From: an uncultured Pirellulaceae bacterium
GTDB lineage: Bacteria > Planctomycetota > Planctomycetia > Pirellulales > Pirellulaceae
Reading direction: 5' to 3'
DNA: 64,000 nt
Assembly (NCBI GenBank): GCA_964617665.1
Contig: CAZUAH010000008.1
Location: 1 to 64,000, forward strand
Below the pieces are notes generated by a model. The model was given only the letters and a program-made list of their open reading frames with translations. It did not search any database and had not been told where the DNA came from. Position numbers and translations under genes: made by a program. Of this stretch, positions 46,761-56,441 are shown in pieces; position 1 is the stretch's first letter, and every line of letters starts with the position of its first letter.

Positions 46761-47963
46761 ATGGGAACGACAACACTCCTCCTCGCAATCAGCTTTCTCA
46801 CGCCAAGCCACACGCTCACCACTGGCGAAGTCGAAGAACTAAACTCGACGTTTCAATCGATGTGGGGAACCGAGCTCGTCTGGAGGTTTGACGACCTGCC
46901 CACGAAGGGTAACACTCCCAAGCACAGGGTTCCGTATTCGGGGTACTACTATCCAGACAGAGAGGGTGGCACGGCGTACGCTCTTCGCAAGTACGATCAG
47001 GCGTTTAACCGTGGAAGACCGGCGGCCTCGTCACACGAAAGGTGGGATACAACTTCATTCAAGGAACGCATTCCCGGTTTGTTGGGCGCATTGGGTCTTA
47101 AGGAGACTCCTGATTGGTACGGCCACTGCAACGGCTGGGCCTCTGCGGCCATTCGCCACGCCGAGCCTCGATCAAGTGTCACTCACAATGGCGTAACCTT
47201 CTCGCCATCCGACATCAAGGCATTACTTGCGGAAATCTACGTCTACAACCAGCACATCATGCTGGGCGGAGCAAACGAGGAACCGATCACCGCCGCGGAA
47301 TTACACGTGATCCTTACGAACTGGCTTGGACGTAAGAAGCATCCGCTTGGTATGGAAGTCGACCCGAGCGAAGAGAAATGGAACTATCCCCTCTTTGCCT
47401 ATTCCGCGGCGTTTGCCAAGCATTCGGAACGACGCGTCGAAGTGAACATGAACGTCGCCTACGCCGAGAACAGCGGTCGAGAGTGGGATGAGAGCCCGAA
47501 GATCAAAGAGATCAAGTTCTTCCACTATTTGCTGGACTTGAACGAGAAGGGCGAGATCGTCCGCGGGAGGTTCTACAGAGACAGCGACAAGATTGACATG
47601 CTATGGGTCCCCCTTCGCCCCAAGGCCTCCGGCACGGAAGGAAACGAACGGGGAAATCCTTATGTGAACGTTGACACAGTACTCGCGATCTGGCGAGCGT
47701 CCGTTCCCGAAGATATTCGCCGACGGTGGGTCAACATCGACCCGATCGCCGAGGATGACTTCTCCGGAGACCCCGTCTACGACGAAACAGACAGCCCGGT
47801 TGTTGCGCAGGAGGAAGCGGAGGACGTGACACCAGAACCAAGCCGACCCTCTGAGATGTCCTCCGGATCAGAGCCATTCTCGGTGACTGAGGTGGCCGAA
47901 GACCCAGTAGACGAGTTCTTGGATCTGGTGAAAGACCAACCGGCTGACGCGGAATCGGAATAG
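46761..47963 (+). CDS. Secreted hypothetical protein with acidic C-terminal tail
   Basis: 400 aa. Signal peptide MGTTTLLLAISFLTPSHTLT. WYGHCNGWASAAI resembles a transglutaminase-like Cys motif (weak). Confidence 0.75.
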   Translation: MGTTTLLLAISFLTPSHTLTTGEVEELNSTFQSMWGTELVWRFDDLPTKGNTPKHRVPYSGYYYPDREGGTAYALRKYDQAFNRGRPAASSHERWDTTSFKERIPGLLGALGLKETPDWYGHCNGWASAAIRHAEPRSSVTHNGVTFSPSDIKALLAEIYVYNQHIMLGGANEEPITAAELHVILTNWLGRKKHPLGMEVDPSEEKWNYPLFAYSAAFAKHSERRVEVNMNVAYAENSGREWDESPKIKEIKFFHYLLDLNEKGEIVRGRFYRDSDKIDMLWVPLRPKASGTEGNERGNPYVNVDTVLAIWRASVPEDIRRRWVNIDPIAEDDFSGDPVYDETDSPVVAQEEAEDVTPEPSRPSEMSSGSEPFSVTEVAEDPVDEFLDLVKDQPADAESE

Positions 47964-49032
47964 AGCCAGCTAGACGCTCCCATGCACTGACACGGCCAGC
48001 ATCCCGGACGTCGCCGATCCTGTGCCGCTGCCACGACAAATGGACCTGTATGCACTCTGGCGATAGCCCTATTTCCTTTGTCTTTGGGTGTTTCAGACAC
48101 AGCTAGGCACCCTTTCGACAGCTTGATGGAATTCTCGTGGCGCGGTTCGTTAAGTGCGACCAGCAGACTGCGGTACTGTCTAGCGCAGGCCATGAAGGGC
48201 TTTACCTCTTGACCTGCAGCAAACTGCTGAGGCCGACCCCAACGTGGCATAGTGTGAATTCTGATTGGCGGCGTTTCGGGTCGATTTCAAGGACGACGAA
48301 AGATGAGCCCACTACAACTGAGCGTATACGCGCAGGTTGAGCGACAATTCCAATTGGAGGCGGTTAGGCACGCACTTCGAACAATTCAGCGTCAACGCAG
48401 CGAACCTGATCCTCCAGAAGGCATTAACCAGTTTCGTTGGCGAGCGATGCTGAAGCATGCTGCAAGGCGCGAGACAGCATGCTGACCACTGGCCCAATTG
48501 ACCGAAACACAAGAGCGATCTTCTCTATCGGCGGCTGGCTGGACGTATTCCTTGCCGCTCTACTTCGGCACGTCGAATAGCCGGCGCGAATCATCATCCG
48601 CAAGTTCTAATTCACGAAGTTGGTCTCGAATTCGTGGCCGATCCAGTCGCACTCGATACACGGCCAGCGCGTTGATAAGCAGTCCGCCGGCCACGCGCTC
48701 GGCGGCCTCATACGCAACGCTGTGCAGGATGTTTGTGACGTTCGGTGACGACATTGCGACACGAAATCGGACAGCTGAATGTATTGAGAAAAGACTCTGA
48801 TATTTAGATATGCCACAACGTCAGGTCGCAATTCAACACATGGCGCGCCTCGCACAGCTAATTCGGGACAATTACTTCTTATGCGTGTCCAGTTGAATCG
48901 CCTTGGGAAGATCTGCGCGTTGGCGCGACTTGCTGCAGAGCCGGCTTGTACTTCCCGATCCGCGAATTCAGCATACCCAGTGCAGAGGTCATAGCGAGCT
49001 GAGTCGACACTTGGCGCAGACAAGCCAAGGAA

Positions 49033-49052
49033 GCAACCGCTCATGCGGTTGC
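49033..49052 (-). terminator. Perfect 8-bp inverted repeat GCAACCGC(tcat)GCGGTTGC spanning the stop codon of the URO-D-family gene
   Basis: Read from the sequence. On the minus strand the stem is followed by UUCCUUGGCUUG. Confidence 0.35.
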
Positions 49053-50084
49053 GACTGATTCCAGAGGATATTGGCCAAACTCCTTCACCGCCTCGACCAT
49101 TGCTACCAAGTTGCTGGGCTGACACGAGGAGTGAAAACTGTTTGAGGACGAGACGATGTAGCCTCCCCCTTGCCCCGCGTCCGCGATCGCTTGACGCACC
49201 GCCTGCCGCACTTCCTCGGCAGTGCCATGAGGCAGTAATCGGCCGCAGTCGATATTGCCCATCAGACATACCTTATCGCCGACCAACTGCTTGACCTTCT
49301 TCAGGTCCATACCGGCGAGCGGCTCGATTGGATTCAGTGCGTCGGGCCCAGCCGCAACAATCATATCCATGATCGCGTAGATGTTGCCGTCCGTATGCTT
49401 GACGCAGAAAGCCCCTTCCTCGTGGATCATGTCGATCATCTTCTTCAACCGAGGCTGAATGAAATGCGCGAATGTGGCAGGGCTCATCATCGGACCGATG
49501 TTACTGGCGTAATCGTCACCGAGAATGATCACTTCGGCGCCGGTGCGGATCGCTCGGCGAACGATCGCCATATTGCATTCGAGCACCTTGTCCATGGTGA
49601 CTTCGACCGTTTCAGGCTCCGCCAGGAAGTTCATCAGGATCGAGTCGATACCCATCAAGTACGCCGCCCACATGAACGCCGCCCGATGGTGGAAACAGAT
49701 TGCTCGTTTTCCCTTATATCGTGCAACCAGATCGGCGAGCGGTCCCAGACGATTCGGAGTGTCGGACGGTGGCGGCGTGTACGCACGTGCCTCGGCAAGC
49801 GTTGTGATAGGACCGCGAACGGGATGCGCGACGACCTCCGCGTTCGCAATATAAGTGACACCCCATTCGTCCACATAGGAACTATCAGGGTTTTCGCGCA
49901 CCTTCTCGAATCGTGCTCCGCAACCTACGCTGTCCATGCCCAGGCGGTCCATGCAATCCGCCACGTCACGGCATCCTGGGACCGCGCCTCGAACAACCTT
50001 GTCGTCAACAACAAACTCGACGACCGGAACACGATCTGGCTGCTCCAAACGCAATGCGGCGTGGACACGTTCAGTAGAGTTCAT
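49041..50084 (-). CDS. Uroporphyrinogen-decarboxylase (URO-D) family protein, MtaA/CmuA-type methyltransferase-like
   Basis: 347 aa. RVPVVEFVV ... ICFHHRAAFMWAAYLMGIDSILMNF ... IILGDDYA ... VKHTDGN ... CLMGNIDC are typical of the URO-D fold. Confidence 0.85.
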   Translation of the reverse strand: MNSTERVHAALRLEQPDRVPVVEFVVDDKVVRGAVPGCRDVADCMDRLGMDSVGCGARFEKVRENPDSSYVDEWGVTYIANAEVVAHPVRGPITTLAEARAYTPPPSDTPNRLGPLADLVARYKGKRAICFHHRAAFMWAAYLMGIDSILMNFLAEPETVEVTMDKVLECNMAIVRRAIRTGAEVIILGDDYASNIGPMMSPATFAHFIQPRLKKMIDMIHEEGAFCVKHTDGNIYAIMDMIVAAGPDALNPIEPLAGMDLKKVKQLVGDKVCLMGNIDCGRLLPHGTAEEVRQAVRQAIADAGQGGGYIVSSSNSFHSSCQPSNLVAMVEAVKEFGQYPLESVATA

Positions 50085-50231
50085 CTTTCGCCCCTTCGTC
50101 GCTGCCTGAGCTTTGTCAAGTCTTAGATTTAGGGTTTGCGTTCTCGTGGCGCAAGCTTCCAGCTTGCGATGAATGAGGTGGAGGCTTTGGCAAGCAGGAT
50201 GCTTACCCCACGTTTTGGAATTGACAAAACA

Positions 50232-50480
50232 CTATTCTTTGCGTTTCAGACGCCCAAGTTTTCCCAGGGTCCCCAGCGGATCATCCCATTCTTTCTCGTT
50301 CAGCAAGTAGGCGGCTTCTTCAAGCGCACGCAACGCCAACTGATCAAAAGACAGGGCAACAGACTTGCGTTTGTGGAATTTCCGAATGGCAACACCATCG
50401 TTTGTGATCGAAACGACGAAGTCCCCTCTGCCTCGAATGTGTACTTTTCTCGAAACGGCCTTCTTCAACTCGGTTACCAT
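50232..50480 (-). CDS. Small basic hypothetical protein (82 aa)
   Basis: MVTELKKAVSRKVHIRGRGDFVVSITNDGVAIRKFHKRKSV... Strong GGAGGGG Shine-Dalgarno 5 nt upstream. 147 nt upstream of the URO-D-family gene on the same strand. Confidence 0.55.
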   Translation of the reverse strand: MVTELKKAVSRKVHIRGRGDFVVSITNDGVAIRKFHKRKSVALSFDQLALRALEEAAYLLNEKEWDDPLGTLGKLGRLKRKE

Positions 50481-50816
50481 TCGGCCCCTCCAGGCATCGG
50501 TGTGTCACATCAACGGCTTCAAAAAACGCTGTCGTGGCCGACATCCGATCGACTTGTACAACGGAAAGGCCGACGCCACAAAGGTCCGATCCATCGCGTA
50601 CGGCCAAAGCTAATTCTATCGGCCATTGTCTCGCATTAGAACAGGTCTAAGGAACGGGCAGCGTATCGTTGCTGGGCCGCGCTATACTTCGGGCGTTCCG
50701 CCGCTCGATCCGAAGAGAAAGCAGAAGCAATGGATAGGTCGATGAAGAGGAACGCGTTTTTGATTGCGACGCCACTTGTGGCCCCATCTCGATCGGAAGA
50801 ACTTGTACGCCACTTC

Positions 50817-52285
50817 ATGCTGCTTGCAGCGCTGCTTCCGTTCGTTTCTGTGGCAGTTTTCGCCGCAGAACGCCAGCGTTCAGAGCCAGACGTCCTGTTC
50901 CTGGCAGTCGACGACATGAAGGACTGGACGGGGTGCCTGGGCGGCTATGAAGGTGCGGTGCATACTCCGAACATCGACCGGTTGGCGAAGCGCGGTATGC
51001 TGTTCACAAACGCACATTGTCCGTCGCCGAAGTGTGCCCCATCGCGAGCGGCCATCATGACCGGCCTGCGACCGGCTTATACGACAACGGTCACTGGTGG
51101 CTGCCGAATTTGCCCGACATGGTGACCATCCCGGTGCATTTTCGCAACCACGGTTACCGCGTCGCTGGTGCAGGCAAGATCTTTCATCACACCGCGGGCA
51201 ATAATCCGCCGAACCAGTGGGATGATTTCCTTCGCCTGGCTTTTCGCTACGATCCGTGGTTCCGTGGCGTCAAACTGAATTACCCATGGTCGAAATCCGG
51301 ACCGTATCCCGATGGCTTCCCGTTCAGCGGAGTGAAAGGCCTGGGCCATGAAAACGATTGGGGCTCGTTAGCCATTCCCGACCAGGATTACGATGACACG
51401 CTGAGCGCCGACTACGCGGCCCATTTCCTCAAACAGAAACAGGATCGGCCGTTCTTTCTGGCTTGCGGTCTGTTTCGCCTGCACCTGCCGTGGTACGTGC
51501 CACAGAAGTTCTTCGATCTGTACCCGCTGGATGGGATCCGGTTGCCGGCTGTTCGAAAAGACGACCTGGACGACCTGCCGGCTGAAGGGCAGAAGTTCGC
51601 CAAGGCACGACGCGGTGACTTCGAGACGATTCGCCCTGCCGGTCGGTGGAAGCACGCAGTCCGCGCATGTCTGGCCAGCATCAGTTACGCCGACGAGCAA
51701 CTCGGTCGAGTACTTGGGACGCTCGACTCCAGCCCACACGCGCGGCGAACCGTCATCGTGCTCTGGCCCGATCACGGCTGGCACCTCGGTGAGAAGGGCC
51801 ATTGGCACAAATCCACGCTGTGGGAGGAGGCAACTCGCGTGCCATTGATCATCAGCGTGCCGGATCACATGCCCGGCGTGTGCGAACGGCCAGTCAGCCT
51901 GCTGGACTTGTATCCGACGTTAATTGAGCTTTGCGGCTTAGCCCCCATCGGCTCTCACGATGGCGTCAGCCTCGTGCCGCTACTGCGCAATCCGCATGAA
52001 GACTGGATTCGCCCTGCCGTCATTGAATTTCGCCGTGGCAACGCAGCGGTTCGTTCGGCTCGCTATCGCTACGGCGGCGAGGAGTTGTACGACCACGAAA
52101 CCGATCCGTACGAATGGAACAATCTCGCCACGAGCGCCGAACACGAAGGCATCAAAAAGGAACTCGGCGATTGGATCACCAAAGACTGGGCCGAGTCCGC
52201 ACCAACGAAGAAGGCCTTCGAGTTCGATCCCAAGACCTACGCATGGAGACACAAGCAGACCGGAAAGACAACCGTCGGCCAGTAG
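50817..52285 (+). pseudogene. Arylsulfatase-family gene disrupted by a frameshift (apparent 11-nt insertion at ~51066-51076)
   Basis: Frame 0 (50730-51125) carries the signal peptide, [11 protein letters not shown] and the FGly signature [12 protein letters not shown]. Frame 2 (51017-52285) continues [17 protein letters not shown]...GKIFHH... to the end of the sulfatase. Deleting ctgcgaccggc between the 7-nt direct repeats GACCGGC restores ...[19 protein letters not shown]. Confidence 0.75.
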
Positions 52286-52333
52286 CGGTCGGACCGAGAC
52301 CCGGGAACGTAGTTCCCTGCGATGCCAACGGCA

Positions 52334-53653
52334 CTATTGGCTGCGGACGCGCACGACGAAACCGTGCCGCACTTGGCGCCCCGATGATGCGTCTTTGACG
52401 ACGAGAATGACGCGGGCTGTGATGCGGTCGTAGTCCGCGGGTACCTGCCAGGTGACAACACCGTTCGGCGAGACCTGCATACCGTCTGGCCCCACAATGA
52501 GTTCGAATTCCACGTCGGAGTCGCCCGCCGTTGTCTCAACGCGGTATTCGAGCCGTTCCCCCTTCTGCGTCTCAACCGGTGGCTCCGACGCGACGCGAAG
52601 TACTGCGGCGCCGGCGCTCTTTGTCAACGTCTCGGCAGCGAATCTGTAAACCTCAATCACGTCCGGCTTGGTGATGGAAAGGAGGGCAAGACGATTCACC
52701 GCTGGCGCGAGCACAATACGCTTGTCCACGGTCATGTCAGACAGGAGCCATCGCTCGCTCATCGGGTCGCGCCGCAAGCTGGTGGCCGGCACCGTCGCGA
52801 CCGTCTGACCACCCGCTCGCACTTCCAACTGCTGTAGGTTCATCACCACGAACATTGGACCGGTGACCGCAGGCACGCAGAACGAGCGTTCATCGACGCC
52901 TTCGTGCGGTGCCGATTGAAGATCGGCCGTGAAAATCCCCTTCGCCGTGAAAAGCAGATCGCCTCCGGCGCCGGGCACGACATGCCCTACAGACTCGTGC
53001 AGATAGTGGGTAGTGATCTCCTCGCGCTTGATCCATAACGATACCATTCCCGTGGGACTTACACCGGCGCGCCACAGTCCGAACAACCGGCCATCGCCCG
53101 AAGCTCGAATGTGCACGGTCTGACCGTCGCGCAACGGCTTCTGGATTCGCGTTACCTCCAGGGTCTCGGGATCAATCAGCGAATAGTGGGCCTTGGCTTG
53201 CCTTGCCAGTCCGTGCGCATGAAACACCATCAATGGTCCGTTTGACGCAGCGCCCATCGCGACGGCTTTCAAGACGTCATCGATGGGAAATGCCGTTTCT
53301 TGCTCCCTCTTGCCCGTTTCCAAGTTCCATCGCTGCATCAATCCTGACTCGCGAGTGATGACGATCAGCGAATCGCGGTTGGCGGCGAACAAGACGTTGT
53401 CTTCAAGCAGTCGGACGACGAACGCGATCTCTTCCCGTGCCAGATCAAACACACCCAGGCGGCGCAGTTCGGGGAAGTGCAAGGCGAGATATCGGCCATT
53501 GCCGCCGATGGCAATGCTCGCGACGGCCGCCGGAAGCTGGACATCGTGCTTCGCGAGCCGAGGCGGGGCTTGGCCCGCGCTGGATCGCGCGTAGGCGGCC
53601 AGGAGCGGCGCCCATATGGAAAGTATCACGATCTTGTTCATCAGATTCGCCAT
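52334..53653 (-). CDS. Secreted beta-propeller protein with C-terminal dystroglycan-type cadherin-like (putative Ig) domain
   Basis: Start MANLMNKIVILSIWAPLLAAYA. C-terminal FELIVGPDGMQVSPNGVVTWQVPADYD is the CADG/He_PIG signature. Paralogous to the next gene. Confidence 0.8.
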   Translation of the reverse strand: MANLMNKIVILSIWAPLLAAYARSSAGQAPPRLAKHDVQLPAAVASIAIGGNGRYLALHFPELRRLGVFDLAREEIAFVVRLLEDNVLFAANRDSLIVITRESGLMQRWNLETGKREQETAFPIDDVLKAVAMGAASNGPLMVFHAHGLARQAKAHYSLIDPETLEVTRIQKPLRDGQTVHIRASGDGRLFGLWRAGVSPTGMVSLWIKREEITTHYLHESVGHVVPGAGGDLLFTAKGIFTADLQSAPHEGVDERSFCVPAVTGPMFVVMNLQQLEVRAGGQTVATVPATSLRRDPMSERWLLSDMTVDKRIVLAPAVNRLALLSITKPDVIEVYRFAAETLTKSAGAAVLRVASEPPVETQKGERLEYRVETTAGDSDVEFELIVGPDGMQVSPNGVVTWQVPADYDRITARVILVVKDASSGRQVRHGFVVRVRSQ

Positions 53654-53663
53654 ACGCCAGCGG

Positions 53664-56407
53664 CTAGTAGACCGTAATGTGGAACGTTTGTTGTGCTTCA
53701 TCGCCCTGAGAGTCGGTCGCAATAATAGTCACTTGTTGAGACCTGTCGGCGTCTTTGCGGGATGCTTGCCAAGTCAGGGTTCCGTCGTTGCTCAGTTTCA
53801 TTCCGTCTGGAGCAATGGGAATCCGCAACTTCGTGCCACCGTTCTTGCTTCTCCGTTTTGGCCGGTAGGACCACTCGGTCCCGGCACGAGCGATCAGCGG
53901 TGGAGATGACTCGTAGAACAAGTAGGAATACAGGTAGTCGGCCAGAGCCTGATTGATATCGAAGCGATAAAGGATCAAGCGATTGCACGTGGGAGACAAC
54001 TGAATGATGAGATTCGCGTCAGGAATCAGCCAAATCCATTTATCAAGTTCACGCGGCGGCCCGCCGGAACGGTCGTCGCGGTGAGCCAACGGCTCGAGTA
54101 ATTCTATTTCCGCGAGTGGGCGACCGTCGCCAATCGCGCACACGGAAACGGTTTCGCTGTTGTCCCTTGGTTGGCCGTATCCGGCACGTCGCACGTCATC
54201 TCGATTTCGTTCGATCGACAGGAAGTACGGGCCGCGGACCGCGGGAACGGAAAACCCCGCCGCTCGGAAACCCGCTGGACGAATCCGGTTGGTGATCACG
54301 CCGTGCCCCAGGATGTAACGTCCATCCGCAGTTGGAAAGAGCGAACCGCGGGATTCGTGAATATAGCGTGCCTCGAATTCATCGCCTTGGTCGACGTAAA
54401 GCTGAACACCATCCGGGGACGTGCTGCTATTCCAAACGGTAAGCACGCTCCCGTTGGGCGACACCCGCACAGAGTTGTAGGATGGCGGGCGATTGACCTG
54501 GCCCACAACCTGCGTGTCCAGCGGCCCGAGTGTCGCGCCGTCCAGAAAGACAATCGGAGCGTCCTCCTGGCGAAGTCGAGATCTCGGCGGAAAGCCGACC
54601 AATATCGGGCCCTCGGACGCCGAGCCCATCGCGACACACGTGGGTGAGAGTTCTTGCGGTTCCGTCGGCACGCCTTCGTTGGCGCGGCGGGGCCATTGCG
54701 GTTCTTGAGTCTTCGGTAACTCCAGGGTTTCGCCCCGGTCAAAGCTCAGGTCAGCGAGATTCCAGCGTTGTACCTGATCTCGCTGGACAACGATGATGCA
54801 GTTGGCGCCGGCTGTCACCAACGCTCCCGCACTCGGCAACGGCAGATAGCCGATAACCGCCGCCTGTGTGACATCGAACACCGCAAGCTTGTTGATAGAG
54901 TTCATTCTGAGAAGCAGAAAGCGACCACCTCCGCCAATTAGTGTGTCGTCAACGATCGCCGCCAGCCGGGCTTCCGCACTCGGCTGTTGCAGCGGGAACG
55001 GCGTGAGTCTCATTGGATCTGGGATCTTGCCTGCCGAGGCGGAAACGTGTGCCGCAGGATCGGCCTTCGGATCGATTGTGGCTCCCGTCACATCGAGCGA
55101 GAATCGATGAAACGTCCATCGATCCGCGCCGCTGGTGACGCGAATCACGACGTTCGGATGTGCATCACGCAGACGTCTTGGAACGTTCCACGTAACGAGT
55201 CCTTCCGGCGAGACCGTCATTCCTGTTGGGCCGAATTCCAACGAGTATTCCACGTTGCCGCCGTTCGTAGCGGAACGAATCTGATAACGAAATGCCGTCC
55301 CCGCCTGAGCCGTCGTTTCGGGTCGCGATAGCACGACGACGAACGGACGACGGGCCCGTTGCAGGATTCGCTCGAGGTCGAACCTGACCAACTCAAGTGT
55401 CCGATTCGCCTCGACCAACGAGAACGCGAGGTTCGCACCCGATACCAAGTGCGTCACGACCGGGAGATAGCGGCCGTTGACCCTGGCCCCGAGACGTGGC
55501 GCGGTAAGCGGCAGGGTGGCGATAAAGGTGTCGCTGCCTGCGATCGCCAAGCCACGACGTGGCATCTGCAAGTAGAATGGACCGTCCGCATCTGGCCGCG
55601 TGTACTCGCCCGCCTGGAAGTCCTGTCTCTGGGTCGGTAGTAGCTTCAAACTGGTGTCCATCGGCAACCACTTGCCGTACAGATACTCGCCCGCCGGACC
55701 CGGAATGAGAGTCTTTCCTCTGTTGTGGAACATGTCCACGTACTGTGCCGCAACCGAATCCCCAACGAGTCGCAACAGACATTCCGCGAGAGGAAGACAA
55801 AACGTCTTTCCGTCCGTGCTGGCCGTGACACTCATCAACTCACCCCACGTGACCGATGGAATTCCGAACCTTCCTGTTGGGGCGATGTGGTCGTGGGCAA
55901 GCTTAAGTGTTTTCGCATCAAAGAACTTGATGTCATCGAGCGGATTATCCGAATGCCCTTCGCCTGGAGTTACCAACAACGGGCCTTGCGAGCCTGAGCC
56001 CATCGCTATGGCTCCGATGGGCGTTGGCATGTCGAGTTTGCCGGTTTCGATTTGCTCAAGCGAATCGAGTGACCACCATTCGATGTTGGCGGTTTCGGCG
56101 TTAACCAGGATCAAGACATCTCGTCCGGCCGCTATCCGCCACTTTTCGCCCCCTCGCGGAATCTGCTTGAGGATCTTGCCCCCCACGAGATCAAAGACGG
56201 AAAGCGTTTCCGTCTCCGCGATACGTAGCACGACCTTTCGACCGCGAGCCGCCAGCACTGCTTCGATTGCCGTCCCCCCCCCAAGTCGAACGTTTCCGAC
56301 GAGCGTTCTGCCTTGGCGGGAAGCTGTGACGTGCCACGCCGTTCAGAACCTCCTGCGGCACCAACCAGAAACAACACGAGCATCACCGTGGCACCGCCGG
56401 CGATCAT
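53664..56407 (-). CDS. Large secreted beta-propeller protein with two cadherin-like (CADG) domains; N-terminal signal peptide is out of frame with the body at a poly-G(9) tract
   Basis: Body ORF 53664-56258 (EFGPTGMTVSPEGLVTWNVP; IPIAPDGMKLSNDGTLTWQA). Signal anchor (MIAGGATVMLVLFLVGAAGG) lies in ORF 56132-56464 in another frame. The frames meet at the G9 run 56274-56282; one extra G (or two fewer) would fuse them as ...ETFDLGGGTAIEAVLAARGRKVV... Confidence 0.7.
56274..56282 (-). repeat. Homopolymeric C9 (G9 on coding strand) tract at the signal-peptide/mature-protein junction of the 53664-56407 gene
   Basis: Counted directly: cgtCCCCCCCCCaag. It is the only homopolymer run of 9 or more in the window and lies exactly where the reading frame changes. 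Confidence 0.9.
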
Positions 56408-56441
56408 GGCCAGCCAGAGGGCACTGCTCTTCGCGTTGACG

